The notes beneath the pieces are model-generated. The model searched no databases, was not told where the DNA came from, and worked only from the letters and a program-made list of their open reading frames with translations. Shown here piece by piece: positions 1-10,670 of a DNA stretch of 64,000 bases (position 1 is the first letter of the stretch; each line of letters begins with the position of its first letter). Source of the stretch: Alphaproteobacteria bacterium (lineage in GTDB: Bacteria > Pseudomonadota > Alphaproteobacteria > Bin95); assembly GCA_963665325.3 (NCBI GenBank), contig OZ224045.1, positions 1,632,001 through 1,696,000 of the forward strand, given 5' to 3'. A program made the position numbers and the translations under genes.

Positions 1-326
1 AACCGCGCGCCGCCGGCCACAGCCAGCGCACTCACCACAAGGAACAGCGCCCCGACGTAAAAGCGCCTGCCGAAGAAACGCACCGACGGCGGCTTCACGC
101 GGCGTCGGCACACCGAACAGCACAGGCTGAAGCGCCGAACGTCGTTCCGAAGATTCGCCGCCAGACCGTGCGGCTTGCGCGGGTAGCTCGCGCTGTGAAG
201 CGCGCCGCCGCAGCGCGGGCAACCCGCCGCCCGGCACGCCTCCGCCTCGGCCGCGTCGACCTGCTTCAGAAAATCCCAAACCCGGGCGTTGGAGAGATTG
301 GAGTGCCGGAACAGCTTGTGCGACAT
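1..326 (-). CDS. Cys-rich (zinc-ribbon-like) accessory protein of a transposon-like element, partial (runs off left edge)
   Basis: Own translation from ATG at 326: MSHKLFRHSNLSNARVWDFLKQVDAAEAEACRAAGCPRCGGALHSASYPRKPHG...RFSLCCSVCRRRVKPPSVRFFGRRFY. CPxCGG and CCxxC motifs resemble the small ORF that precedes DDE transposase/ATPase pairs. Absent from the ORF track because there is no stop in the window. Confidence 0.6.
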   Translation of the reverse strand, partial: MSHKLFRHSNLSNARVWDFLKQVDAAEAEACRAAGCPRCGGALHSASYPRKPHGLAANLRNDVRRFSLCCSVCRRRVKPPSVRFFGRRFYVGALFLVVSALAVAGGAR

Positions 327-479
327 TGGGGCCGTCTCAGGTTGATGTCACTGTCACCGAGACAAGCCCTCCGGCGGCCTTCTTGCAAGATCGCCGGGGG
401 GCACCCAATCCAAAACCTCGATTAATCCGAGCCGATCAGCCCCTGATCGCCGCTGAAAGCCTGCGCCCGCTCACCTACA
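1..479 (-). mobile_element. End of a transposable element inserted into istA
   Basis: IstA similarity begins abruptly at about 476 (YNRRF). Read on the minus strand, the flanking DNA starts TGTAGGTGAGCGG at 479 (TGT terminus) and contains the palindrome GATCAGcccCTGATC. Confidence 0.5.
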
Positions 480-1348
480 ACCGCCGCTTCCAGGAGATGT
501 GCTCGCACCATCTGGTGGAGCCAGTGGCGTGCACGCCAGGGGCGGGCTGGGAGAAGGGGCAGGTTGAGAAGCAGGTGGGAGACCTTCGCGGGCGTCTGTT
601 CGCGCGCAGCCCGCGGGGCCGCTCCTACACCGAGATCAACGAGTGGCTGATGGATCGGTGCATCGAGGAGGCCAGGAAGCAGCCGCATCCGACGATCGAG
701 GGCAAGACGGTGTGGCAGGTATTCGAGGAGGAGCGGCCCTTCCTGATGGCATACCGCGGTCCCTTCGACGGCTTCCATGCCAGCGAGGTGTCAGTCTCGA
801 AGACCTGCCTGGTGCGCTTCGACAACAACCAGTACAGCGTCTCTGCCCGCGCGGTGGGACGGCCGGTGGACGTGCGGGCCTATGCCGAGCGGATCGTCAT
901 CCGCCAGGACGGCGAGATCGTCGCCGAGCATCCCCGGAGCTTCGGGCGCGGTCGGTTCGTCTACGATCCGTGGCATTACGTGCCGATCCTGACGAGGAAG
1001 CCCGGCGCACTGAGGAACGGCGCACCCTTCAAGGACTGGCAGTTGCCCAACGCGCTGGGCCGCCTGCGAACCCGGCTCGCCGGCCACGACGACGGCGACC
1101 GGCAGTTCGTCAAGATCCTCGCGGCGGTGCTGGAGGACGGGCTGGAGGCGGTCGAGGCGGCCTGCGCCGAGGCGCTCGCCTGCGGCGCCTGCAGCGCCGA
1201 CGTCGTGCTCAACATCCTCGCCCGGCAGCGCCAGCCGGCACCGCCGGCAATCATCCCGACGCCCGAGGGCCTGAAGCTCCGCCACCAGCCGGTGGCCGAC
1301 TGTCAGCGCTACGACAGCCTGAGGGAGGCCGGTCATGGAGCGTCATGA
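476..1348 (+). pseudogene. istA: IS21-family transposase IstA, 5'-truncated
   Basis: YNRRFQEMCSHHLVEPVACTPGAGWEKGQVE and PWHYVPILTRKPGALRNGAPF are typical IstA motifs. The N-terminal HTH and first DDE residues are missing; the first ~48 aa of ORF 326..1348 are not IstA-like. Confidence 0.85.
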
Positions 1349-2063
1349 TGTGCTGGAGATGATGACCCAGCTGAAGCTCGCAGGCATGCGAGCCGCCTAT
1401 GACGACATCCTCGCCGACGGGCTCAAGCGCCGTCATCCGGTGCAGCAGATCATCGGTACGCTGCTGCAGGTCGAGATCGCCGACAAGAGGGCACGCTCGA
1501 TCAAGTACCAGATGGCGTCCGCCAAGCTGCCCACGGCCAAGGAACTGGCCGACTTCGACTTCGCCGGCTCGCCGGTCAACGAGCCCCTGATCCAGGAGCT
1601 CGCCGGCGGCGGCTTCCTCGAGGGCCAGCGCAACATCGTCCTGGTCGGCGGCACCGGCACCGGCAAGACCCATCTCGCCGTCGCCGTCGCGCGCTCCTGC
1701 ATCCGCAAGGGCGCCCGTGGCCGCTGCTACAACGTCGTCGACCTGGTGAACCACCTCGAGGCCGAACTCCGTGCCGGGCGCCAGGGCCGCACCGCAGACC
1801 AGCTCGTCCGACGCGACTTCGTCATCCTCGACGAACTCGGCTACCTGCCCTTCGCCCAAGCCGGCGGACAGCTCCTCTTCCACCTCATGAGCCGGCTCTA
1901 CGAGCGAACCTCGATCGTCATCACCACCAACCTCGCCTTCGGCGAGTGGCCGTCCGTCTTCGGCGATCCCAAGATGACCACGGCGTTGCTCGATCGTCTC
2001 ACCCACCATTGCGAGATCATCGAGACCGGCAACGAGAGCTGGCGCTTCAAGAACCGCTCCTGA
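1335..2063 (+). CDS. istB: IS21-family helper ATPase IstB
   Basis: Walker A GGTGTGKT, Walker B ILDELGY, TTNL and [10 protein letters not shown] motifs; overlaps the end of istA. Confidence 0.95.
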   Translation: MERHDVLEMMTQLKLAGMRAAYDDILADGLKRRHPVQQIIGTLLQVEIADKRARSIKYQMASAKLPTAKELADFDFAGSPVNEPLIQELAGGGFLEGQRNIVLVGGTGTGKTHLAVAVARSCIRKGARGRCYNVVDLVNHLEAELRAGRQGRTADQLVRRDFVILDELGYLPFAQAGGQLLFHLMSRLYERTSIVITTNLAFGEWPSVFGDPKMTTALLDRLTHHCEIIETGNESWRFKNRS

Positions 2064-2211
2064 CCCGCCGCCGGCCTCCCCTGCGGCCCGGTTGCCCCGG
2101 TGGGTCAACAGGGACCCCCCACGCGGCTTCGCTCCGCGTAGCGTGAGACGCTACACGAAGCCGCGCGGGTCCCCCCTATTGACTACCGGGACAACCTCCA
2201 CCGTGCCTCTC

Positions 2212-2264
2212 AGGGGGTCAATTTTGCACGCCGATAGGGGGTCATTATTGAAAGCCGATTGACA
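2212..2264. repeat. IS21 right terminal repeat
   Basis: Two tandem copies of AGGGGGTCA-N-GCCGAT ending in TGACA at 2264 (TG...CA terminus with internal repeats, typical of IS21). Confidence 0.85.
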
Positions 2265-5065
2265 GCCTCGGTTCCGAAGCCGTGCGCGCGGCCTTGTTCG
2301 ACCTCGAAAGGTTCGGCATCGCCAGCAACGACACGGTCCTGACTGCGTTCGTACATGTCGGGGTCGAGCATGCGTCGGGACGGCGGCTTGAGGCGGCCGG
2401 AGCGCTGGAGACGGCGCTGATCGAGCATATGCGCGAGGCGGCGCCCGAACTCGAAAGGGGCGAGACCTCCTCGCTTCATCTCAGGATTGCTTCGCAGGCA
2501 CTGCGGGACGGGGGACTGGCCGACCCGCTGCCCGAGCGCCTCTGGCGGATCGTCCGCGGCATCGCTTATGACGGCCGCGGCGAGGACGGGGCGGCCGGGA
2601 GCCTCTCGGTCCGCAAGCAGGATGCGGAGACCGCGCGCATAACGCTCAGGCGGGAATGGGACAGTCTGGAAGAGACTGCCCGTCTTCGGCGCGAGGCGGC
2701 AGCCTGCCTGCTGGAGCATCTGCTCTCCTGCCTGCCGGCAAGAAGCCGCGGCACCGATCTGCTCGCGGAGACCACGCTCGGCAAGCTGAACCGGGCGCTT
2801 GCGGACGACATGGTCCTGAGCGGCAAGGTCAGGTTCCCCGTGAAGCTGCTGGAACGCGCCCTGCTGTGGCTCCACGAACAGGAGGTCATCCGCCTCAACA
2901 AGGGACTGACGGTGTTCCGCCCGGCCATGACCCTTCGCCTGGACCGGGGAGAGCGCCGGGGCTTCACCAACGCCGATTTCGAGCCGCTCTCGCTCCACTA
3001 TGACGGGCAGGTGCGGCAGGTCCACGTCATGGCGGCATTCGCCGAGTGCGGCCTCGTCAGGATGAGGGACGCGCTTCGCCTGGCGGGGGACTACTTCGCC
3101 CTGAACGAGGCGGACTTCCTGAAGCGCTGGCTGCCCGGCCGCGACCGGGAGACCGGGCGGCAGACCACGCCCGCCTCCTGGCGGGCTATCGTCGAGAGCC
3201 TGAACAACCCCGTGCAGCAGCGGATCGTGGCCGACGACCGGGAGCGGACCAATGTGCTGGTGCTCGCAGGTCCGGGATCCGGCAAGACGCGCGTGCTGGT
3301 GCACCGCATCGCGTATCTCGTCCGGGTGAGGCGCGAAGACCCGCGCGGCATCCTGGCGCTTGCCTATAACCGCCATGCGGCGGTCGACATCCGGCGGCGC
3401 CTGGGCGAGCTGGTCGGCAACGATGCGCGGCGCGTGACGGTGCTGACCTGCCATGCGCTCGCGATGCGCCTTGCCGGCGCGAGCTTCACCGGCCGGGCGG
3501 AGAGCCCCGACGAGGAGATGTTCAGGGACGTGGTCCGGCGCGCCGTCGAGGTGCTGCAGGGCGCCGACCTGCCGTCGGAGGACGCCGACGAACGCCGGGA
3601 GCGGCTGCTCGCGGGCTTTCGCTGGATCCTGGTCGACGAATACCAGGACATAGCGGCGGAGCAGTACGACCTGATATCGGCGCTTGCCGGTCGCACGCGC
3701 GAAGACGAGGAAGGCAAACTCACCCTGTTCGCGGTCGGCGATGACGACCAGAACATCTATGCCTTCAACGGCGCCTCGGTGGAGTTCATCAGGCGGTTCG
3801 AGGCCGATTACGGCCCGAGGCCGGCCTATCTGACCGAAAACTACCGTTCCAGTGCCCATATCGTGGCGGCGGCCAATGCAGCGATCGCGCCGGCGCGCGA
3901 GCGGTTGAAGGCAGAGCATCCCGTCCAGATCGACCGGGCGCGCGCCAGGGCGCCGCGGGGTGGCGGATGGGAGCAGCTGGACCCGGTCGGGCGGGGACGG
4001 GTGCAGATCCTGCCGGCGGGCGCCGACGCGGTCTCGCAGGCGCGGACGGCGGTGGCGGAACTGCAGCGCCTGGCTGCACTCACGCCCGATTGGGACTGGT
4101 CCCGCTCTGCCGTCATCGCCCGCGAGTGGGACTATCTCGTCCCGGTCCGCGCCTGTTGCGAGGCGCTGGGCATTCCGGTGCAGATGGGCAATGAGGACAT
4201 TCCGTCGTTCTGGCGCCTGCGGGAGACGCGCTCGCTTGTCGAGTGGCTGAGGAGCCGGCAGCCCCGGATCGTCGACGGCGCGGCACTCATGGACCGGTTG
4301 GCGGCGTGTCCGTCGGACCGCTGGCACGACCTGCTGCGGCAGGCCATGGAGGAACACCGGCTGGAGACCGGGGGCGGCGAGACGCCGGCCGACCATTTCA
4401 TCGAATGGCTGGCCGAATGGGGCCGTGAGATACGCCGGCGGCAGCAGGGGCTGCTGCTGGTTTCCGCGCACCGGGCCAAGGGCCTCGAATTCAATCACGT
4501 GGCGGTACTGGACGGAAACTGGGATCGCATCGGGCCCGGCGAGGACAGGGACGCGCCCCGGCGGCTCTACTATGTCGCCATGACGCGGGCGCGGGAGACC
4601 CTGTCGCTGCTTCGGTTCGACAGCCCGCACCGGATACAGGATGCACTACAGGGCAATCCCTCGGTCCTGCGGCGCGAGCCGGTTCCTCTGGCGCCGGCAA
4701 CTCCGGCGCTGAACAACCGCTTCGTCCGGGCGAGCCTGAAGGACGTGGATCTGGGGTTCGCGGGGCGCCGCCGCGAACGGGACCTCATCCACCGCGCGAT
4801 TGCGGCGCTCGCGCCCGGCGATCCGCTCGAGACGCGGATAAACGAACGCGGACGCTGGCAGCTGCTGGATCGCTCGGGGAGAGTTGTCGGTCGCCTCGCT
4901 GCGGGCTTCGCGCCGCCTCGGGGATATCGGTGCCGCTCGGCCGAGGTCCTCGCGATCGTCGGCTGGAGCCGCGAGGCATCGGAACCCCAATTCCGGGACG
5001 ACATGAAATGCGAGGCTTGGGAGGCGGTGGTTCCGGAACTCGTGTTCGAGCCGGGAACCGGATAG
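2265..5065 (+). pseudogene. C-terminal half of a large RecQ-UvrD fusion helicase (UvrD/Rep SF1 domain), interrupted by IS21
   Basis: Frame is open from the IS21 end. SF1 motifs AGPGSGKT, LVDEYQD, VGDDDQNIYAF, ENYRS, SAHRAKGLEF and RRLYYVAMTRA. The first ~300 aa resemble the linker of RecQ-UvrD fusions, and the GTG at 2282 has no RBS. Confidence 0.75.
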
Positions 5066-5182
5066 GCGGAGCCGGCCCACAATGAGGTCAGCTCGACTTT
5101 CAGGACGCTGCATCCCGGCAAGGGCCGAGCCAGGCTGTCCGAATAGGCGAGGCCACTTCACCCAGTCTGGAAGGAAACGACG

Positions 5183-5623
5183 ATACCCGCAGAATCTATC
5201 GCTTACCTGAATCCGCCGAACACCTGCCCGGCCCAGGGGCTCTATTCACACGCCATGGCGGTACCTGCCGGCTCGACGCTGCTCATCGCCGGTCAGCTCT
5301 CCGTCGGGCGCGACGGTGGCGTGGTCGGCAAGAACGATTTCGACGCCCAGATGCGCCAGGTGTTGGACAATCTGGGCGCGGTCCTCGAAGGCACGGGCGT
5401 CCGCTTCAACCATATCGTCAAATTCACCACTTATCTCGTCCATTCCCAGGATATCGAGCGGTTCATGGCGATCCGGGCCGAGTTGTTTTCCGGGTTCTTC
5501 GGCGGCGAGGCGTATCCGCCGAATACGCTGCTGATCGACGACCGGCTGGCAAATGAGGAGTTCCCGGTCGAGATCGAGGCTGTCGTCTACGCCGACCCGG
5601 ACGGCGGCATGCGCCAGCCCTGA
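5183..5623 (+). CDS. RidA/YjgF family protein
   Basis: YLNPP...GLYSHA...LIAGQ...PPNTLL...VEIEA. Similarity extends upstream of ATG 5255 to an ATA at 5183 preceded by AAGGA. Confidence 0.8.
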   Translation: MPAESIAYLNPPNTCPAQGLYSHAMAVPAGSTLLIAGQLSVGRDGGVVGKNDFDAQMRQVLDNLGAVLEGTGVRFNHIVKFTTYLVHSQDIERFMAIRAELFSGFFGGEAYPPNTLLIDDRLANEEFPVEIEAVVYADPDGGMRQP

Positions 5624-5734
5624 TGCCGGCGCGCGGCGGCGCGGGAACGGTCCGCCGGTTTATCCGCGGCCGGAGCGCCGTATCCGGGTTCGGAAGCCCC
5701 GCTTGCCCGCCTCCTCTTGGCGATCGTGCGCCGG

Positions 5735-6493
5735 CTACATGCTGGTCGCGCCGCCATCGACCACCATTTCGCCGCCGGTCATGTACGAGGCGGCGTCCGA
5801 CGCGAGAAACAGCACTGCCGCGACGACCTCGTCGATCGTCCCGATACGTCCCATGGGAACCCGGGTCACCCGCTCGGCCAGTACTGCCGGCTCGGACAAC
5901 GCACTCCGCAGCATTTCGGTGTCTATCGGGCCGGGAAGCACCGCGTTGCAACGGATGCCGTCCCCGGCATGCTGCGCCGCCGTCACCTTGGTGAATATCC
6001 GCACCGCGCCCTTGCTTGCGGCATAGGCGGGTTCCTGATGGGTCGACTGGCCGATACCGGCCACCGATACGATATTGACAATCGAACCGCCGCCGGACGC
6101 CCGCATCGCCGGTATCGCATGCTTTGTTCCGAGAAAGACACCGCGTGCATTCACGGCCTGCACCCGGTCCCATTCCTCCACCGTCCGATCCTCGATGGCT
6201 GCGCGGGCAATGACGATCGCGGCATTGTTCACCAGGATGTCGAGCCGGCCATGCGCTTCTATCGAGTAGCCGACCGCACGGCGCCAGTCGTCCTCCTTCG
6301 TCACATCCAGATGCCTGTAGGCCGCAACCCCGCCCGACGCCTCGATCCCGGCCTGAACGGCCGCGCCTTCCTGCTCGAGGATATCGCCGAAAACGACTGC
6401 CGCGCCCTCTGCCGCGAAGGCTCGCGCCTCTGCCGCGCCCTGTCCGCGAGCCCCGCCGCTGATCAGCGCAACCTTGCCATCGAATCTGCCCAT
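5735..6493 (-). CDS. Short-chain dehydrogenase/reductase (SDR)
   Basis: MGRFDGKVALISGGARGQG, NNA, YxxxK (YAASK), VDGG; start placed at ATG 6493. Confidence 0.92.
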   Translation of the reverse strand: MGRFDGKVALISGGARGQGAAEARAFAAEGAAVVFGDILEQEGAAVQAGIEASGGVAAYRHLDVTKEDDWRRAVGYSIEAHGRLDILVNNAAIVIARAAIEDRTVEEWDRVQAVNARGVFLGTKHAIPAMRASGGGSIVNIVSVAGIGQSTHQEPAYAASKGAVRIFTKVTAAQHAGDGIRCNAVLPGPIDTEMLRSALSEPAVLAERVTRVPMGRIGTIDEVVAAVLFLASDAASYMTGGEMVVDGGATSM

Positions 6494-6674
6494 GTCGGTT
6501 CCCGTTTGCAGCAAGTTTGCAAGTGGCGCGAGCCTAGCGCCTCCTCGGCCTCGACGGAATGGCGCATGCCCAATACGGGACGGCCGTGGCGAAGGTGGAC
6601 CCGGTCTCGGCCACCGGGCAGCGCAAACCCCAGACCGCAGGGGGAGAGCAACGATGGCGGGAAGATGCCAGCCC

Positions 6675-6923
6675 ATGGCTGAGGCCGACCTCAGGGCGTT
6701 CGTTCCGATCCCCTTCCCCGAGATCGGGCCGGGGGTGAAGTTCAACGCCAATTTCTTCCGCAACCCGATGTGCCCGAATTTCGGGCCGGCGCCCGACCAC
6801 AAGAGCTATGCCGAGCGCTACAAGGTCGAGGCCTGTTCGGATTTCCTGTTCGACCGGCGTTACACATGCCTGGCCTGCGGAATGAGTTCGCGGCTATCCG
6901 GCTCTTGCGTGAATGGACGATGA
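6675..6923 (+). pseudogene. Truncated Cys-rich N-terminal fragment, possibly from a transposase
   Basis: MAEADLR...NFFRNPMCPNFG...YTCLACG, a zinc-ribbon-like fragment that ends abruptly next to a convergent operon. Confidence 0.35.
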
Positions 6924-6948
6924 CGCCGGGTAAGACCGTGACGGTCGG

Positions 6949-8568
6949 CTATCCTCGCAGCGCCCGCATCTGCTGCTGATATCCGGACGCATCGATCCGG
7001 GCGTCGATCAACCGCGGGCCAGCGACAGTGGCAGCGGCCCGCGCTGCGCGGCGCATTTCTTCACGGGTTCGCACTGTCCAGGTCGTGAAACCGAAGCCGT
7101 CGGCAATTCTCGCGAAATCCGGAGCATCCCAGGAGAGACCGAGATCCTGCATCTGGCGTTGCTCGCGCTTGATATCTATCAGCGAGAGGCGCGCATCGTT
7201 GAAGACGACGACGGTGAGGTCGACGCCTGCGGCCGCTGCCGTCTTTAACTCGCCGAGACACATCATCAGGCCCCCGTCGCCGGTCAGCGCGACAGCGCCT
7301 CGGCCGGGATCGTGCAGCGCCGCCGCGATCGCCGCAGGCAGGGCGAAGCCCATGCTGGCGAGGCCGTTCGATATCAGAACGTCGAGCGGCGACCCGGCCA
7401 TCCAGAAGGCGCAGGCCGAAAACATGTGGGCGCCCGCGTCGATCGTCACGCGCGGTGCGAATTCGAAAGCCTGACCGACCTCCCGCACGACCGTCTCGGG
7501 CGAGAGAGCATCTCCAACCGGCATGCCCATGTCCGAGAGGAACCGCTCGCGGCAACGGGCGATCTCCACAGCGCTCCAATCGCTGGCTGTCGGCACGTCG
7601 GTGAGGCTTCGGAGCGTCCCGACAAGGTCGCCCTCAATTCGAACGGTCGGCACAACATAGTGGGGAGAGTGCGTACAGGGACAGAGATCGAGCACCGGCG
7701 CACGGTAGGGCCAGGGCTTCCGGATCAATTCGACAGGATCGAGGCCGGCCAGGATGATCAGGTCCGCGGCGCCGACGGTCGCCTGCTCGATTGCCCCGCC
7801 CGTGAAGATTCCCGCGAACATCGGATCGCTATCCGGGACAACACCCTTGGCCATGTAGGTCACCAACGCCGGCGCTCCCAGTGCCGTGGCAAGGTTCCGA
7901 ACGCCAGACGCGGCCGCAGCGTTTGTTGCCTCAAGCCCCGCGACGATTACCGGCCGGCGTGCGCTGGCGATCAGGTCGCGGGCCCGAAGGATTGCATCCG
8001 GGTCGACGGCTGCCACGGACGCGTTCGGGCCGTTCGGCGGCGCGTCCACCGGGGCCGCCATGAGATCGGGGTCTGCAAGCAGCACAGCCGGGCCCATCGG
8101 CACGACCGTCATCGAGTCCAGCGCTCGGGCGACCTTATCCGCTCCGGGCGCGTGCGCCCGGGCTTTGCCACCGGAAATCCCGCCGAACAGACCCTCGGTC
8201 AGGCCCTTCTGGTCGAAGACTTGGTGAGAGAGGTAATCGAGCTCCGCCGCATCGAACCCTTCCGCCACGAACAGCAGCGGCATCCGGTCAAGCAATGCCG
8301 AGGCAAGGCCGTTGATCGCCGAGGCAAGCCCCGGTCCCTTGGTCGAAAAAGCAAGTCCCGGGGCTCCGGAGAGCCGCCCCGCGACGCCGCCCATTATCGC
8401 GGCGGCATCCTCGCGCGCAGTGATGACCGTGCGCACCCCCGCGTTCTGCGCGGCCAAAAGCAGGTCCAGGCTGACGCCGCCGCCGGGCACGCCGAAGGCA
8501 AAGCGCGTACCGCGCAGGTAGAGCTCGTCCGCAAGCCAGTCGACGAAGCGGCGGGGTTGCGCAGTCAT
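6949..8568 (-). CDS. Thiamine pyrophosphate-binding enzyme (acetolactate synthase/decarboxylase family)
   Basis: FGVPGG, REDAA, KGPG and TPP motif GDGG...VFND. Confidence 0.92.
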   Translation of the reverse strand: MTAQPRRFVDWLADELYLRGTRFAFGVPGGGVSLDLLLAAQNAGVRTVITAREDAAAIMGGVAGRLSGAPGLAFSTKGPGLASAINGLASALLDRMPLLFVAEGFDAAELDYLSHQVFDQKGLTEGLFGGISGGKARAHAPGADKVARALDSMTVVPMGPAVLLADPDLMAAPVDAPPNGPNASVAAVDPDAILRARDLIASARRPVIVAGLEATNAAAASGVRNLATALGAPALVTYMAKGVVPDSDPMFAGIFTGGAIEQATVGAADLIILAGLDPVELIRKPWPYRAPVLDLCPCTHSPHYVVPTVRIEGDLVGTLRSLTDVPTASDWSAVEIARCRERFLSDMGMPVGDALSPETVVREVGQAFEFAPRVTIDAGAHMFSACAFWMAGSPLDVLISNGLASMGFALPAAIAAALHDPGRGAVALTGDGGLMMCLGELKTAAAAGVDLTVVVFNDARLSLIDIKREQRQMQDLGLSWDAPDFARIADGFGFTTWTVRTREEMRRAARAAATVAGPRLIDARIDASGYQQQMRALRG

Positions 8569-10670
8569 CGGTCGATTTTCCGGGTGGCTACCAGGCTCCG
8601 GACCGGATCGACGGTGAGAACGAACTCCGGGGAAAGGACCAGAGTCGACTCGTCCTCCTCGACGACCGCCGGGCCATGCAGGACCTGGCCGGGCCGGAGT
8701 TCGGTCCGCCGGTAGACCGGGGTTTCGATGAAGCGCTCCCCGAAAAAGACGGGTCGTGTGGCATGGGCGGCCGGCGAAGGCGCTTCAGCGGCCATGACCG
8801 CGCCGAGCGCCGCACCGAGCTTCGGGCGTGGGCCCGAAGCTACGACCCGCCATGAGAGGATCTCCGGCGCCGCTGTCTCAGCACGGCCGTATCGGGCCTT
8901 GTAGGCGGCCGAAAAGGCCGCGTGGAGATCGTCGCCACTGCCTGCCAGCCTGTCGGGAGCGACCTCGACCTCGATTTCGTAGCCCTGGCCCACGTAGCGC
9001 ATCATCGCGCTCGTTCGGACCGTGATCGCCTCAAGAGCGATCCCGGCGCCGGTGACGAGTATTTCCGCCTCGGCGCGCATCTCGGCGAGCAAGGTCGAGA
9101 TTCCGGCGATGTCGAGCGCGTCGAGCCGGCACGGCGCGGCATGACCGACCTCGAACGACACCGGTGCTGCGAGCATCCCGATGGCTGAGGCGACGCCGGC
9201 GCCGATCGGGCAGATCAGCCGATCGATGTTCATCTTCGCGGCCATTGCGCAGGCGTGGACCGGTCCGGCACCGCCGATCGGCAGCATTGCGAAGCGGGTC
9301 ACATCGAGCGCCCGTTCGATCGCGTGGATCGTCGCTGCCTGGGCCATGCTGGCGGTGACGGTCTCGTGGACGCCCCAGGCGGCCTGGACGACGGAAATGC
9401 CAAGCGGTTTCGCGAGGCGCGTTTGGATGGCAGTCTCCGCCGCTTCCCGGTCGAGCGGCATGGTCCCGGCCAGGAACGAGCCGGGATCGAGATAGCCGAG
9501 CACCAGATCGCAATCGGTCACAGTGGGATTAGGGTTGCCACGGCCGTAGCAGGCGGGTCCCGGGTCGGCCCCGGCGCTTTGCGGGCCTACCTGGATCAGT
9601 CCGCGCGTGTCGACACTGGCCACCGAGCCGCCGCCGGCGCCGATTTCGATCATGTCGATGGCGGGTATCTGCAGGGGCAGGCCGCTGCCCCCGGCAAAGC
9701 GGGTCTCGCGGGCGACCTCGAAACGGGCGGTGCGCTCCGGCTCCCCGTCGCGGATCAGGCAGGCCTTTGCCGTCGTGCCGCCCATGTCGAAGCAGAGAAC
9801 GTCGCGCGCGCCGGCGAGCTCTCCGAACATCCCCGCGGCCTCCGCCCCGGCGGCCGGGCCGGACTGGATCAGTCGAATCGGGAAACGTCGGGCGGTCTCG
9901 GCCCGGATGCAGCGGCCGTCGGAGAGAATCATCAACAGGTCCCGACAATATCCCAGGCTGGCCAAGGCCTGCTCCAGCCGCTCGACATAGCGGGCGAAGA
10001 CCGGCAGCACATAGGCGTTCGCGGCCACGGTCGACGTTCGTTCGTATTCGCCGAGCTCCGGGCTGACCTCTGACGAGAGCGAAATCTCCACGCCTGGAAG
10101 TTGGGCTGCGAGAACCTCGCCTACACGCCGTTCGTGGGCGGGATTACGGAAGGAATGCAGAAGCGCGACCGCCACCGCCGAGACGCCCGCCATGCGCAAG
10201 GTCGCGGCGGCCGCGGCCACGTCCGTCTCGACCAGGGGCGTAGCGACGCTGCCATCTGCCAGCAACCGCTCGGTCACCTCAAGGCAGAGCGCCCGGGGTA
10301 CCAGCGGCGCCGGCATGGCGATGTCGAGATCGTAGAGGTCGTACCGCCACTCCCGCCCCAGTCCCAGCACGTCACGGAAACCGCGGGTGGCAATCAAGCC
10401 GGTCGGCACGCCCCGCCGCTCGATCAGCGCATTGGCGACCAGAGTCGTGCCGTGCACCACAGTCCCGAGGTCTGCGGCAGCGATGCCCTGGCGGTCGAGC
10501 GCGCGGCGAACCCCCTCGATCACCGCGCGCGATGGATCGTCCGGGGTCGTCAGTAGTTTCTCCCGGAGTATCGCAGCCGCACCGTCACGCCAGAGCACGA
10601 CATCCGTGAAGGTACCGCCGATGTCCACGCCGATGGACCAGCCGCCGCGTTCGATTTCAGTTTCGGCCAT
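8565..10670 (-). CDS. Hydantoinase/oxoprolinase subunit A
   Basis: GVDIGGTFTD, HGTT, SGPAAG, DMGGTT, IGAGGGS and GADPGPACYG motifs. Confidence 0.93.
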   Translation of the reverse strand: MAETEIERGGWSIGVDIGGTFTDVVLWRDGAAAILREKLLTTPDDPSRAVIEGVRRALDRQGIAAADLGTVVHGTTLVANALIERRGVPTGLIATRGFRDVLGLGREWRYDLYDLDIAMPAPLVPRALCLEVTERLLADGSVATPLVETDVAAAAATLRMAGVSAVAVALLHSFRNPAHERRVGEVLAAQLPGVEISLSSEVSPELGEYERTSTVAANAYVLPVFARYVERLEQALASLGYCRDLLMILSDGRCIRAETARRFPIRLIQSGPAAGAEAAGMFGELAGARDVLCFDMGGTTAKACLIRDGEPERTARFEVARETRFAGGSGLPLQIPAIDMIEIGAGGGSVASVDTRGLIQVGPQSAGADPGPACYGRGNPNPTVTDCDLVLGYLDPGSFLAGTMPLDREAAETAIQTRLAKPLGISVVQAAWGVHETVTASMAQAATIHAIERALDVTRFAMLPIGGAGPVHACAMAAKMNIDRLICPIGAGVASAIGMLAAPVSFEVGHAAPCRLDALDIAGISTLLAEMRAEAEILVTGAGIALEAITVRTSAMMRYVGQGYEIEVEVAPDRLAGSGDDLHAAFSAAYKARYGRAETAAPEILSWRVVASGPRPKLGAALGAVMAAEAPSPAAHATRPVFFGERFIETPVYRRTELRPGQVLHGPAVVEEDESTLVLSPEFVLTVDPVRSLVATRKIDR

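Noticed and set aside
2210-4630. 806-aa minus-strand ORF
   Set aside because: Antisense shadow of the helicase; no motifs, and such ORFs are expected in high-GC DNA.
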